Sequence record: OP595145.1
Direction: 5' to 3' (one strand)
DNA from: Escherichia phage vB_EcoM_DE16
Length of the DNA stretch: 64,000 nt
Part shown: one piece after another, positions 36,050-45,847 of the stretch
Numbering within the stretch: position 1 is the stretch's first letter
How the letters are laid out: the number at the start of each line of letters is the position of its first letter
Notes under the pieces: generated by a model
Told to the model about the DNA's origin: nothing
The model's input: the letters and a program-made list of their open reading frames with translations, nothing else
The model's database searches: none
Translations under genes and position numbers: made by a program

Positions 36050-36643
36050 TTACCAAGGAATATCATCTTCTTCCAATCTGGTATCTACTTGAGGTGGACG
36101 TGGAACCTTAACCTCTTTCACAAAACGAAGATATGGGAAACGTGTAGCAATTTTAATAACATGTTTGGCATCTTCTCTAACATCTTTGTGCAAGAAGCAG
36201 ATCCCTGTTTCCAAGGTTGTTTCAAAATCTTCAGAATAATAACAATCCTTCCCATCAAATGCAGCCTGGCAGATGGACAGATCGAACTCATTTAGAAAGG
36301 TTGTCATTACGCTTGTTTCCATAATCATAAGGTTGCAAAGCTGACCATCACGTTCAAACTCAAAAACGTGTTTAAGACCAGTAACACCTTCATAATTGTC
36401 AGAAGCCTCTTTGTTTCCTAGTTTACGAATATTGGTTCCCATTAAAGCAGATGCAATTAATCCTTGTATTTGTTCTTCAGTCCGATGTGCAGGAAGGGAT
36501 GTATAGAAATCCAGATCACGTCCAGCAATATCAAGAATACGCCAATCACGAACAGCACCGCCAGCCAAGACAGAATTAGGATCAGCGATCTTTAATACGG
36601 TAAGAATCTCTTTGGCAATATTGATTTGTTTTGATTTAGTCAT
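36050..36643 (-). CDS. minimal Pol-beta-superfamily nucleotidyltransferase (CCA-adding / poly(A) polymerase head-like)
   Basis: 197 aa; GGAVRD followed by DLD (LAGGAVRDWRILDIAGRDLDFYT); C-terminus ends EEDDIPW. Confidence 0.5.
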   Translation of the reverse strand: MTKSKQINIAKEILTVLKIADPNSVLAGGAVRDWRILDIAGRDLDFYTSLPAHRTEEQIQGLIASALMGTNIRKLGNKEASDNYEGVTGLKHVFEFERDGQLCNLMIMETSVMTTFLNEFDLSICQAAFDGKDCYYSEDFETTLETGICFLHKDVREDAKHVIKIATRFPYLRFVKEVKVPRPPQVDTRLEEDDIPW

Positions 36644-36854
36644 TGATACGCTCCACAGTTACTTTTACAACATCGTCCATATTAATCTCATCCCCCAAGA
36701 CCTCAATAACACCTTCCTCATAAAGTCGAGCACATTCTTCCCACACTTCAGCTTCCGTCATTCCACCTGCAATCTTATTTGCAAGACCTTTAATAACATC
36801 TTCATTTTGTTCATCAATAAGAATTGAAACATTAAAGCTCACTAATTTACGCAT
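36636..36854 (-). CDS. hypothetical small acidic protein
   Basis: 72 aa ORF with RBS GGAGAA. Confidence 0.4.
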   Translation of the reverse strand: MRKLVSFNVSILIDEQNEDVIKGLANKIAGGMTEAEVWEECARLYEEGVIEVLGDEINMDDVVKVTVERIND

Positions 36855-36864
36855 TGTTTTCTCC

Positions 36865-37032
36865 TTATACTTCTAAACGGAAAGTTTCTTTAGATACAAA
36901 ATCGTATCCACCTTTTTCAAGCCAGTCATTGTAAACCTCATCAGCTTGAGACTCTATCATAAAATACCGAGTGGTAACTTCGTCTCCGACAATACGCACA
37001 ATTTTATAGCAAATCATGATACCATTTCCCAT
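36865..37032 (-). CDS. hypothetical small protein (55 aa, below ORF-track cutoff)
   Basis: ATG overlaps the upstream stop (TAATG) and is preceded by GGAGGAAG; found by manual translation. Confidence 0.3.
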   Translation of the reverse strand: MGNGIMICYKIVRIVGDEVTTRYFMIESQADEVYNDWLEKGGYDFVSKETFRLEV

Positions 37033-37223
37033 TAATCTTCCTCCAGATCAATTTCATTATAACAATGTATACAGAAACCATCATTGTGCATATGTTGTTC
37101 ATAAGACATATCTTTACCACAAGACCAACAACGGATATCCCCATCGTCCCATTCACGTTCTTCTTCGCCTTCAAATTCATCTGGTAGGTAAGGCATACCA
37201 AAATAATCTAAATCGTAACTCAT
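37032..37223 (-). CDS. small zinc-ribbon protein
   Basis: Start re-assigned to internal ATG (MSYDL) preceded by AGGAGA; paired CxxC motifs (CWSCG ... CIHCY). Confidence 0.45.
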   Translation of the reverse strand: MSYDLDYFGMPYLPDEFEGEEEREWDDGDIRCWSCGKDMSYEQHMHNDGFCIHCYNEIDLEED

Positions 37224-37272
37224 ATCTTCTCCTATAAAGGGGCAGAAGCCCCTTATAAAACAATACGTTAGA

Positions 37273-39870
37273 TCAATGACAGGATGCCCAGGAATTACCC
37301 ACATCATATCCGGCAGTAAGCTGAACATTAAGATTGTAAAATTCTCCAGCCTTAGTAACAGCTAAGGCAGCAAGTTCACCTGCCCGACTATAGGCTGTAA
37401 ACCATCCACCTTTGGGAGATTCATGAATGTTAGCCCAAATTTGCCCTGTCTCTTTTTCCTTATTATGCTTCCATTCTTCGACTTTAGCAAGGCATTCTTT
37501 ATCAATTTTCTTTTGTTCTTCAGGATCGTCTACTTTCTTCCAACCTAATGATTCAGGTGAAAACCATTTGAATTCTACAAGGTTACGAGAAACTTCAAGC
37601 TGGGCTTCATCGTGGTATGCAATCATTTGTTGCACGAAGTCTTTATTCTTCCAATCATCTTTAAAGAAGTCAACACTTAGTCCTTCTTCTTCGATCATGT
37701 CGTCATAAATAACCATTGCACGTTTAGCACAGATAACCCCACCACTTTGGAACAGAGAGTTAAGAATCGCGTGAGCAGAACGAGTAGGAACCTTACGACC
37801 GTCAATACCCAAAACATATTGTTTACCAGTCTTAACCCAGAAATCGTTTAAACGTTCTTTAAGACGCGCCAATGGGAATGCAGCTTCCCAGAAAGCATCG
37901 AACACCAATTGACCTGTAAACTTATCGCTACCAATTGTTTTAGCAACCTTGTCGGCTTGTGCACCATAGGTAATACCATACTTAACAGATTTAGCAGGAC
38001 TACGTTCAAATTTACGTCCAATAGTTTCAGTGATACGTTTTGCCATCATTGTGTGAACATCATTAGGTTTCTCTAACAACAGGGCGTTACAATACTCGTG
38101 TGGCTCCGGCTCGTACCGCCAACAGTAGTGTGATTCAATTTTTGCTTCCAAAGAGTCGAAGTCGTAGCCGATCTGGAAGTATTTAGGAACCTCCACACCA
38201 AACAAGTTACGCATCTCCCATCCAAACAAAGATGTGACACGAGGAATATTAGCTACAGACCTATGCTTCATACGCGAGGTTGCAGCATCACATGTAGCGG
38301 CTGGGGTAGGAATACGCCCATCCGCCCTTACTGCGGCTAAGAAACCTTTATCGTATTCTTGATCTTCTTCATCTTCTTCCCAATCAGCACCGCCACCTAA
38401 AATAGAGTTCCTACGATGTTTATACGTTAAGTATTCTACAATCTGTGTAGCATAAGGGAATTTCTCACCCAAAGCTTGCAGGTTAGGACAGATTTCTTTT
38501 TCCTGACCTTTGGTAAAGCATGGGTTAGTCAATACTTTAAGACCGCGACCTTTACCTTTTGCTATACGCTCTTGAATCTTCCTTTCCAAAGTTTCCGGTG
38601 TGCACTCCAGATGATCACAACGATCCTGACAAAAATTAGAAGATAGAGTTTGCTCAACGTAAGCTCGAATACCTTTCTGAAGTTCTTCCTCGCTCTTTTT
38701 AATCTTGGTGCCAGATTTAAGAGTCAAGTCTTTATCTTTATATTCAGACGGTACCCAACCTAATCCTACAAGCCAGTTTTTAATATGGGTAGTATCGTTC
38801 AATGTTGCAGGGATGTTAGGATCACACAAAGGCTCATCTGCTGCAACTGGCAGTTTCCACTCTTTCCCCAACATCACTAACCACCAATCTCCATCCCTCT
38901 CTTCCAAATGACCATCATGTTTCTTAGCAAAATTGATCATATGGTTAGTTGGCTCTAAGTTCTTTTTAATTTGCAACTTAGGTGGAATAAAAGCCTTAAG
39001 ATAACCTTTTGTTGCTGGTTTAGGTGGCAAAATAGGCTCAACGAGTAAACGAAGACGCTCCATTTCTGCATCCAAAAAAGCAAGGTTCTCTTCTGCTTGC
39101 TTCATGTTAAAAGCAAACCCACGGTGTTCCTGGCGTGTAATAATGTCTGCTACACGTTGTTCAAGTTCAAATGGACCTTCCCATTTATCATAATCACCCC
39201 ATTCTTCCATAAGGTAATTATATACGCTCGTATTGGCTTTGTTGTCATAGATACAGTAATAAAGCATATCAGCAGCAAAAGTCTTAAATCGATCTTCTTC
39301 TGGAATCTCTTTACGGAAATCTATTTTTACATCACCCCCTGCCTTTCGAGAAAGTGCTGCCAAACTATGTCCTGATTTGCCTTCAATCTTTCGATCTGGG
39401 TTTAACACTTTACTCAAAATCAAGGAGTCAATAAGTTTTACCTTATTTTTGCCCCACGTATTATATTTAACACTGTAATCTAAGCCATAAAACAGTTTTG
39501 TAGCCAACCAGTCATAGTTGATACCGTTGTGAGCCACAGCCATTTCAACCAGATATTCAGGCTTATCTTTAAAATAACCTTCATGATTAATAAAGTCTGG
39601 GAAATCTTTTAGTTGAAAATGTGTGTAATCTTGCGCCACATACTCTTTAAGAACATATGTGTATTTACCATCTGACTCTTCATAAGGACGCCCATCAAAG
39701 ATGTATTTAGGGCCATCGTGGAAAGCTACTATTTCTCCTGTTTCATGGTTCTCTAAGACAATACAGTGCATTTGAAATGTGTCTTTGAGACGATAAGGAC
39801 TAGCTAAATAATCGATAGTGTCATTATTCAACAATCCGTTTGCTTCAATATCCCATGTAAACTTACTCAC
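37273..39870 (-). CDS. DNA polymerase, family A, with 3'-5' exonuclease domain
   Basis: 865 aa; exonuclease motif DIEANGL; motif B-like KSVKYGITYGAQ; motif C YHDE; GTG start after AAGGAGG. Confidence 0.85.
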   Translation of the reverse strand: MSKFTWDIEANGLLNNDTIDYLASPYRLKDTFQMHCIVLENHETGEIVAFHDGPKYIFDGRPYEESDGKYTYVLKEYVAQDYTHFQLKDFPDFINHEGYFKDKPEYLVEMAVAHNGINYDWLATKLFYGLDYSVKYNTWGKNKVKLIDSLILSKVLNPDRKIEGKSGHSLAALSRKAGGDVKIDFRKEIPEEDRFKTFAADMLYYCIYDNKANTSVYNYLMEEWGDYDKWEGPFELEQRVADIITRQEHRGFAFNMKQAEENLAFLDAEMERLRLLVEPILPPKPATKGYLKAFIPPKLQIKKNLEPTNHMINFAKKHDGHLEERDGDWWLVMLGKEWKLPVAADEPLCDPNIPATLNDTTHIKNWLVGLGWVPSEYKDKDLTLKSGTKIKKSEEELQKGIRAYVEQTLSSNFCQDRCDHLECTPETLERKIQERIAKGKGRGLKVLTNPCFTKGQEKEICPNLQALGEKFPYATQIVEYLTYKHRRNSILGGGADWEEDEEDQEYDKGFLAAVRADGRIPTPAATCDAATSRMKHRSVANIPRVTSLFGWEMRNLFGVEVPKYFQIGYDFDSLEAKIESHYCWRYEPEPHEYCNALLLEKPNDVHTMMAKRITETIGRKFERSPAKSVKYGITYGAQADKVAKTIGSDKFTGQLVFDAFWEAAFPLARLKERLNDFWVKTGKQYVLGIDGRKVPTRSAHAILNSLFQSGGVICAKRAMVIYDDMIEEEGLSVDFFKDDWKNKDFVQQMIAYHDEAQLEVSRNLVEFKWFSPESLGWKKVDDPEEQKKIDKECLAKVEEWKHNKEKETGQIWANIHESPKGGWFTAYSRAGELAALAVTKAGEFYNLNVQLTAGYDVGNSWASCH

Positions 39871-40664
39871 TATTCCTCCTTTCTAATGTTCTCCAGAACC
39901 CACTGAAGTTCTTTTAAACTTAAACTTCTTACTCCCGCAGTTTTACTAGCTTCAGCTTTAAGTAACGGGTAAGCCTCAATGATACGCGTTTTAAGATCAG
40001 AAGTCAAGGCTTTTAAAAAATAGGTAGATGCTTCAGATAAAGAATCTTCTTCTGATAACACTTTACCTGCACTTGCTCCCGCTCTCCTAACGGCTATATC
40101 GTAGTCTTTACTGTTACCTAATACGAATAGTCGATTCTCTCCTAAAACAACGGGAGAACGCTTCTCGTTGCGTTTAATCCATATCTGGAATACACAAGGA
40201 ACATCCCAAGGTTCTCCATGAAGAATAAAAGATCCTTTTGGACATTCTTCTTCGTAAAGAAGATGCATATGGGGATTTAGTTTGTGTGCAAAAAAGATTT
40301 TTTGAAATGTGCGAGGCAAGATAAAACAAATACCACCTTCGTTATCCAGCATTTCAGCACAATGGTTAAAGAATTTAATGGCAAGACTAGCATTTTTTCC
40401 AAATGGAGGATTACCGACAAAAGCAGTTACACTACCAACAGACTCAACAGATTGAGCTAAAAAATCTGCCTCAATACAATCTTCAAACTTAGGGTCAATA
40501 TCAAAAGAAGTTATGTTTTTAAAACAAGAAGAGAAAGCTCCTTCTCCCGCAGATGGTTCTACGTAGTTAGCTTCCTCTCCAAAAATTTCTTTGATCTTAT
40601 CACATAAGAACCCCGCATAAGCGGGGTTAGTGTAATATTGATCAAGTGTGTTCAACTTGCTCAA
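39870..40664 (-). CDS. DNA N6-adenine methyltransferase (putative)
   Basis: 264 aa; AdoMet motif I EPSAGEGAF and catalytic motif IV NPPF; stop overlaps polymerase start (TAGTG). Confidence 0.65.
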   Translation of the reverse strand: MSKLNTLDQYYTNPAYAGFLCDKIKEIFGEEANYVEPSAGEGAFSSCFKNITSFDIDPKFEDCIEADFLAQSVESVGSVTAFVGNPPFGKNASLAIKFFNHCAEMLDNEGGICFILPRTFQKIFFAHKLNPHMHLLYEEECPKGSFILHGEPWDVPCVFQIWIKRNEKRSPVVLGENRLFVLGNSKDYDIAVRRAGASAGKVLSEEDSLSEASTYFLKALTSDLKTRIIEAYPLLKAEASKTAGVRSLSLKELQWVLENIRKEE

Positions 40665-40673
40665 TAGTCCTCC

Positions 40674-41105
40674 TTAGTTGTTAGCGAACTCAATAGTGAG
40701 GTCCACTTTACCATCATCAGAAATAACCATGTTTTTGGTATTTTTAAAGATGATATCTACTTTACCTTCACTTACACGACAGAATGCAACACCATCTGCA
40801 ACTTTATCAATATAATATTTGTAAGAAAGAATACCCACTTTACTACGACCAGCACCTTTTGTGAAAGAAGGGCTTACATCGAAACGGAAACCTTTAGAAG
40901 AAACAACACGGTAAGAACGTCCAGTTGGGATATGTTCAATAACAGAGACATTGTTCTCAACAACTTTTACAGCAAACTCTTCAGGATGATCCTCAACAAT
41001 CATGTGCGGAATGGCAAATGCCAACGCTTGTTTGTGTTTAATAACACCAGCACCCAGAGCACCAGCAGCTTTAACTTTTGCATTCAGATCGATTGTCATA
41101 CGCAT
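40674..41105 (-). CDS. hypothetical protein
   Basis: 143 aa; RBS GGAGA; sits behind a near-consensus promoter. Confidence 0.45.
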   Translation of the reverse strand: MRMTIDLNAKVKAAGALGAGVIKHKQALAFAIPHMIVEDHPEEFAVKVVENNVSVIEHIPTGRSYRVVSSKGFRFDVSPSFTKGAGRSKVGILSYKYYIDKVADGVAFCRVSEGKVDIIFKNTKNMVISDDGKVDLTIEFANN

Positions 41106-41138
41106 TTTTACTTCTCCTCTTGTTTGGTTGATGAGACA

Positions 41139-41167
41139 AGTATAAGTCCCTTCCGCAAAGTTGTCAA
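41139..41167 (-). promoter_or_regulatory. sigma70-like promoter, TTGACA-N17-TATACT
   Basis: Perfect -35, 17-nt spacer, TATACT -10, about 30 nt upstream of the 41105 start codon. Confidence 0.5.
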
Positions 41168-41171
41168 CAGG

Positions 41172-41195
41172 TATTTTTAATAAAAGGGCCGAAGC
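41172..41195 (-). terminator. hairpin terminator after primase-helicase gene
   Basis: GGGC-TTCG-GCCC stem-loop followed by TTTTATT on the minus strand. Confidence 0.5.
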
Positions 41196-41197
41196 CC

Positions 41198-42976
41198 TTA
41201 ATAGTTGCTATCCGTAGGCAAATTAGCAGGATTGTTGAAATACTGCTCTTTGTCATGCAGAGTTGCAGTTCTAATGTCATAGTAAAACTGCCCTGCTGGA
41301 CCAGTCTCTGAGAACTCACGGTTTTTTAGGATAAAGCAATGAGTCGTATTTCGTTCTACAGGGTCTTCAGCGGCTTTATCTCGTTCCAAAGCCAAGGTAA
41401 TACCAGCACCTTTAGCCAAGAAACTACTACCCATTGCATCGTCCTCTGTTAAGTGTTCATTGCCACCATTAGCCGATTTCTTAACGTGTGAGATGACAAT
41501 AATAGTTATAGCATACTCTTTCATGATGCGCTTCAACCATGTTGCTAACTCTTCCTGGGCTTGAACATCCATACCAGAAAGCAAATCAGAATAAGGGTCG
41601 ATAACAAGAATTGTTACTCCAAAATAGATGATCATCTCCAAAACTTTTTCTTTGATAGACTCCACATCTGCTCCACGATCATCACACACATAAAAACGTG
41701 GTGATCCATCTTCTCTTTCGTAAAAATCTAGGATTTTTTCTTTATTCTCTTCCAAGATTTGAAATTTCTCTTCCGGTGTTTTCCTATGTAGAGGAATGTG
41801 CAGGAAAGAGGACAACAGGTTACGAGAATATTTCTTATAGGTTGCTTCCAATGACAGAATACCGAGGGTATGTTCTGGGTGTGCAACAATAATATGTTTG
41901 GTGATCTCGTTCACCATCAAAGTTTTACCGATACTGGTCTTTGCCAGGATGACTGTAATCTCTTCCTCTACTAAACCACCACCCAGCATATTTGCAGCAA
42001 CACGCATAAAAGGAGGCAAGGTAATCATCTTGGATTCCAAACATTCTAATGCAGCTTCATACAAGACATTAGAAGCATAAACACCTGCTGGGGTGTATAG
42101 ACGAGCACTCCAAAAAGCTTTTACGAAATCCTTTGCACGACCTTCTTCCAGATACTGATTGGCATCCTTAAGATCCATCTGCATACGGTAGACTTTGTTA
42201 CGAGGCAGCACCTTAACAATATTTTCAAATGCCTCATTACCCGCTTTGTCATTATCCATGCAAACAATAATCTTCTTAAATTTTTCAAAGAAAGGATATT
42301 GTGCCTGAACTTGTTTATACATACTGGTTTCACCAGTTGTGCCACTTACTACTGCTGGAAGCTCATATTTGTTGTCCAAGTTTTCAGACAGCATTTGATA
42401 AGCTGCCAGAGCATCGTGTTCACCACCTGTAATTACCACAGTATGAGAACGATCTGCAAAACGAATTTGTCCAAAAAGATCTACATCTTTACCTACTTGA
42501 CCAATAGGTTTACTGAAATCTTTAGGATGAATACGACGCTTAAAACCAACCAATTCTTTACCGATGGTAGTCGGATATAAACAACTTTCTACTACCATCT
42601 GATCCCCTTCCTGACGGTATTCATAACGAACACCATAGAAAGATGAAACTTTTTCTTTAATGCCTCGATAACCACGTGGGTTGGTTGATGTTTCTTGAAC
42701 AATTTTACGATGAATCTGTTTATTAAATTCCGAACCCACAATCTCCTCCTCTTCTTCTAAAACTTCACCATTTTCTCGTAACCATTCTACGCTAGGAATA
42801 GTGTATTCACACGCAAAGCACTTAGCACCTTTATGCTCTCCATTAGAATCTAATCCATAAACCATCAGGTTATTACGAGAGCGATCCTTGCCATTTTTCA
42901 TGCAGCGCGGACAACCTGTATGCCCTTCCTTGCTAAGATCAACATCAAATCCATATTTAGTTATAATGTGCGACAC
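41198..42976 (-). CDS. DNA primase-helicase (zinc finger + TOPRIM + DnaB/gp4-like helicase)
   Basis: 592 aa; N-terminal CPRCMKNG...CFACEY zinc ribbon; TOPRIM acidic motifs (GGEHDA; CMDNDKAG); Walker A ILAKTSIGKT; Walker B LVIDPYSD. Confidence 0.8.
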   Translation of the reverse strand: MSHIITKYGFDVDLSKEGHTGCPRCMKNGKDRSRNNLMVYGLDSNGEHKGAKCFACEYTIPSVEWLRENGEVLEEEEEIVGSEFNKQIHRKIVQETSTNPRGYRGIKEKVSSFYGVRYEYRQEGDQMVVESCLYPTTIGKELVGFKRRIHPKDFSKPIGQVGKDVDLFGQIRFADRSHTVVITGGEHDALAAYQMLSENLDNKYELPAVVSGTTGETSMYKQVQAQYPFFEKFKKIIVCMDNDKAGNEAFENIVKVLPRNKVYRMQMDLKDANQYLEEGRAKDFVKAFWSARLYTPAGVYASNVLYEAALECLESKMITLPPFMRVAANMLGGGLVEEEITVILAKTSIGKTLMVNEITKHIIVAHPEHTLGILSLEATYKKYSRNLLSSFLHIPLHRKTPEEKFQILEENKEKILDFYEREDGSPRFYVCDDRGADVESIKEKVLEMIIYFGVTILVIDPYSDLLSGMDVQAQEELATWLKRIMKEYAITIIVISHVKKSANGGNEHLTEDDAMGSSFLAKGAGITLALERDKAAEDPVERNTTHCFILKNREFSETGPAGQFYYDIRTATLHDKEQYFNNPANLPTDSNY

Positions 42977-42988
42977 TTTGTTCTCCTG

Positions 42989-43267
42989 TTAAAATGGTTC
43001 GTTAGTCTCCATCATATATTCTGCTTCTAGTTCTTCCATGTGCTTTCTAAATTGGAAAGCAATTTCTGCTACAGTTACATTTAAATCTTTTTCAAAAACT
43101 TCTGTAGAGCCTTCGTAAAAACGAATACCGTCAATTAAAAGCCCTCCGTGGTAATCCCAATCACTTTCACGAGAAAGCGGGTTAGGCTCTTCATAATAGT
43201 AATCCACCTCCACGACTAAGGCTTTCCCGTTACGAGTGGTGTATTCAAAATCAAAAGTGTTAATCAT
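42989..43267 (-). CDS. hypothetical protein
   Basis: 92 aa ORF. Confidence 0.4.
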   Translation of the reverse strand: MINTFDFEYTTRNGKALVVEVDYYYEEPNPLSRESDWDYHGGLLIDGIRFYEGSTEVFEKDLNVTVAEIAFQFRKHMEELEAEYMMETNEPF

Positions 43268-44211
43268 TATAGCTCCTCAAATAAAAGTCTACGACGCTCA
43301 TTCAACACATCAATGTGATAATGAGTCCTGACATACTTAGCTAATGCTAATCCTTTCTCCATGCAAACATCGGGAGCACTTAATAAGTATTCCGTAATAT
43401 CTTTCCACTCGGAAGGTGTTTCAGCAAAGAATAACAGATCTTTAAACTCTTGTGTATGATAATTCTCACGAGGAGAACAAATCAAAGGTAAACCCTTAGC
43501 ACCTGCCTCAAGAATTTTAAGATTGCTTTTTGCATTATTAAACACGTTATCAATCAATGGCGCAAGACTGACTTGATGACCATCGTAAGATTCCATGTAG
43601 TTGGCATATGGTCTTACACCTTCATAAACACAAGTTGGTGCTACATTTTCTCTGATTACAGACCATTCACGACTACTTAAAACTTCAGAATCCCTACGAA
43701 AACCACATATTGTAAGATCTTTACCAAAATCGGGCAAGATAGCCAAATCTTGTTTATGTGTTTCACTTCCAGCCCAGACTAATGGAGTTTTGGAGTAGCG
43801 ATCACGGGTCAACACAAATTGACCTTCATCGTAAGGAAGTCCATTAGGGATTATGTGCACATTATCATTGTATTGTGAAAGTTCAACTTGCAAGGCAGGT
43901 GTCGTAGTTGTAACAAGGTCACTGTGCTCTAAAAACCATTTTAAATGTTCACGAATACCTGATTCAAAAATACCTTCTAACATGTGTCCTTTTGGAATAA
44001 CTAAAGAGTCATCCAAATCCATAACCATTTTAAAGCCTAGGTTTTTAAGGGCTAAAAAGCCCTCTTTACCTTTTGTTGGCACTCCGTTAAAAACGAAAAC
44101 GTTGTGTTTAGGTTGTGAAGAGAACTGCCTTGAGTAAGGCAGCACTACCCTATGGAAATCGCAGACACTATAATTGATTCCGTTACGATTGTCAAGAATT
44201 ATTTGTCCCAT
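43267..44211 (-). CDS. glycosyltransferase-like protein (GT-B fold type), paralogue 1
   Basis: 314 aa; paralogous to the 44219 gene; C-terminal NAKSNLKILEAGAKGLPLICS resembles the GT-B donor-binding region. Confidence 0.4.
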   Translation of the reverse strand: MGQIILDNRNGINYSVCDFHRVVLPYSRQFSSQPKHNVFVFNGVPTKGKEGFLALKNLGFKMVMDLDDSLVIPKGHMLEGIFESGIREHLKWFLEHSDLVTTTTPALQVELSQYNDNVHIIPNGLPYDEGQFVLTRDRYSKTPLVWAGSETHKQDLAILPDFGKDLTICGFRRDSEVLSSREWSVIRENVAPTCVYEGVRPYANYMESYDGHQVSLAPLIDNVFNNAKSNLKILEAGAKGLPLICSPRENYHTQEFKDLLFFAETPSEWKDITEYLLSAPDVCMEKGLALAKYVRTHYHIDVLNERRRLLFEEL

Positions 44212-44218
44212 ACTTCAC

Positions 44219-45166
44219 CTACAAACTTTCAATAACCTGGCGTCGCAATTCGTTTGCATCTGCCAGATTATAATGTGTTCGAACATGTTCAGCCAAGAAC
44301 AAGCCACGATCTTCCCGATAGTTTGGATTGCGAAGAAGCTTAACAATTTCGTAATGCCATTCTGCTTTATTCTCTGCGTAAGCAACAGCACGAGCATCTA
44401 CAGGGTTAAAATAAGGTAACACCTTAGAACAAACAATCGGAATACCTTTTGCCCCAGCTTCCAGGATTTTGAGATTACTTTTGCAATTATTAAAATCATT
44501 ATCTACCAAAGGAGCTATAGCAATAGCATGACTTTCGTAAACACTCATGTAATTATCTAAATCTTTTACAGCAGCTTTATATTTAGCGTTTGGTAAATTT
44601 CTGCGAATCTTAATCCACTCTTGTCCCGTGATGCTCTGTGATGCTTCATATCCCGCAATAGTAAGAAGTTCATCATCGAAAGTATTAGAGACTAGTCGTA
44701 AGTCGGGTTCGTGACTAGCACCGCCAGCCCATACAACAGGGGTACCGGATGAACGATCATTTGACAAAGTGAATTGTCCACTATCAAAAGGAAGTGCATT
44801 TCGGATCACAACAACATTCCTATTTAAGTGACGGATCTTATATGCCAAGTATTCCGTAGTCACAATAACCACATCAGCAAGCTTAACCATAGCCACAATA
44901 GCATGAGTGTTTGACTCGTATAAACTTGCCAAATAATGCTCTGGATTAAGTTGGTAAAAATCATCTAAGTCTACAACAATCTTAACACCTTGACGTTTCA
45001 AAGATAAAACGTATTCTGCACCTTTAGAGTGGATACGGTTAAACACAACAACATCTTTCTTAGGTTGAATATTACTGTTGTTAAATGGTATAACAATACG
45101 ATGATAGTCACAACCGCTGTGAGGTTTTGCATCAATTTTTAGTTTAGACCATTTTTTATTTGACAT
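44219..45166 (-). CDS. glycosyltransferase-like protein (GT-B fold type), paralogue 2
   Basis: 315 aa; shares HRxVxP N-terminal and CKSNLKILEAGAKGIPIVCS C-terminal motifs with the 43267 gene. Confidence 0.4.
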   Translation of the reverse strand: MSNKKWSKLKIDAKPHSGCDYHRIVIPFNNSNIQPKKDVVVFNRIHSKGAEYVLSLKRQGVKIVVDLDDFYQLNPEHYLASLYESNTHAIVAMVKLADVVIVTTEYLAYKIRHLNRNVVVIRNALPFDSGQFTLSNDRSSGTPVVWAGGASHEPDLRLVSNTFDDELLTIAGYEASQSITGQEWIKIRRNLPNAKYKAAVKDLDNYMSVYESHAIAIAPLVDNDFNNCKSNLKILEAGAKGIPIVCSKVLPYFNPVDARAVAYAENKAEWHYEIVKLLRNPNYREDRGLFLAEHVRTHYNLADANELRRQVIESL

Positions 45167-45839
45167 GTGCTAGTGCCTCCTCATAGGAAATTCGGATTTT
45201 CCCATTTTTAATATCCTCTAAAGATGCTTTATATTCTTCCCAGTTAATCCCAATAGCAGCTTCTTTCTCTTCTTTTGTCAGGTTAGCAAAAGGCATAGGA
45301 TTGTTTCCAAAAACATCGTCTGGGTGGATATAAGCCATGATACGAAGTGGACAAGGTGTTGCCTGAATACCATGATTCAAACCAGCAGCTTGCAAACGGT
45401 GTCCCCATTCAGCATCTTCAAAACCATAACCGTGAGTGTAAGGACGGAAATAACCCATCTTCTCAACAACGGCACGAGAATACATTGCAAATTGACACAT
45501 TGCAAGTTCCCAGAGAATAACTTCTCCTTTGCTTCCAACAACTTTATCTTTGAAATACTCCGGCATACCAAAGAAATCCCATCCTCCAGAAACAGCCTGA
45601 TCTACAAAGTATGTTTCCCATCCTTCCATGACTGGGTAGCAATCATCGTCAAAAATAAACCAATAATCATAACCTTCTTCATAAAACTGGTGCATAAGTT
45701 CATTCCTGGCATAAGCTACACCTTTACGATCTGGATCGTTGAATACTCGAAAATCTGCACGTGGATCTGTTACAAGGTAGTCTTTAAGTGGACGGACACC
45801 TACAGTGATAACACCCACTCCGATTTTAATATTTTCCAT
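45156..45839 (-). CDS. glycosyltransferase-like protein (GT-A fold, DxD type)
   Basis: 227 aa; N-terminal beta-strand IGVGVITVG and FIFDDDC DxD-like motif. Confidence 0.4.
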   Translation of the reverse strand: MENIKIGVGVITVGVRPLKDYLVTDPRADFRVFNDPDRKGVAYARNELMHQFYEEGYDYWFIFDDDCYPVMEGWETYFVDQAVSGGWDFFGMPEYFKDKVVGSKGEVILWELAMCQFAMYSRAVVEKMGYFRPYTHGYGFEDAEWGHRLQAAGLNHGIQATPCPLRIMAYIHPDDVFGNNPMPFANLTKEEKEAAIGINWEEYKASLEDIKNGKIRISYEEALAHVK

Positions 45840-45847
45840 TATCTCTC

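Noticed and set aside
37228-37255. GC hairpin (AAGGGGC-AGAA-GCCCCTT) between the polymerase and the zinc-ribbon gene as a terminator
   Set aside because: Not followed by a T-run on the coding strand and sits just upstream of an RBS; more likely an intercistronic RNA structure than a terminator
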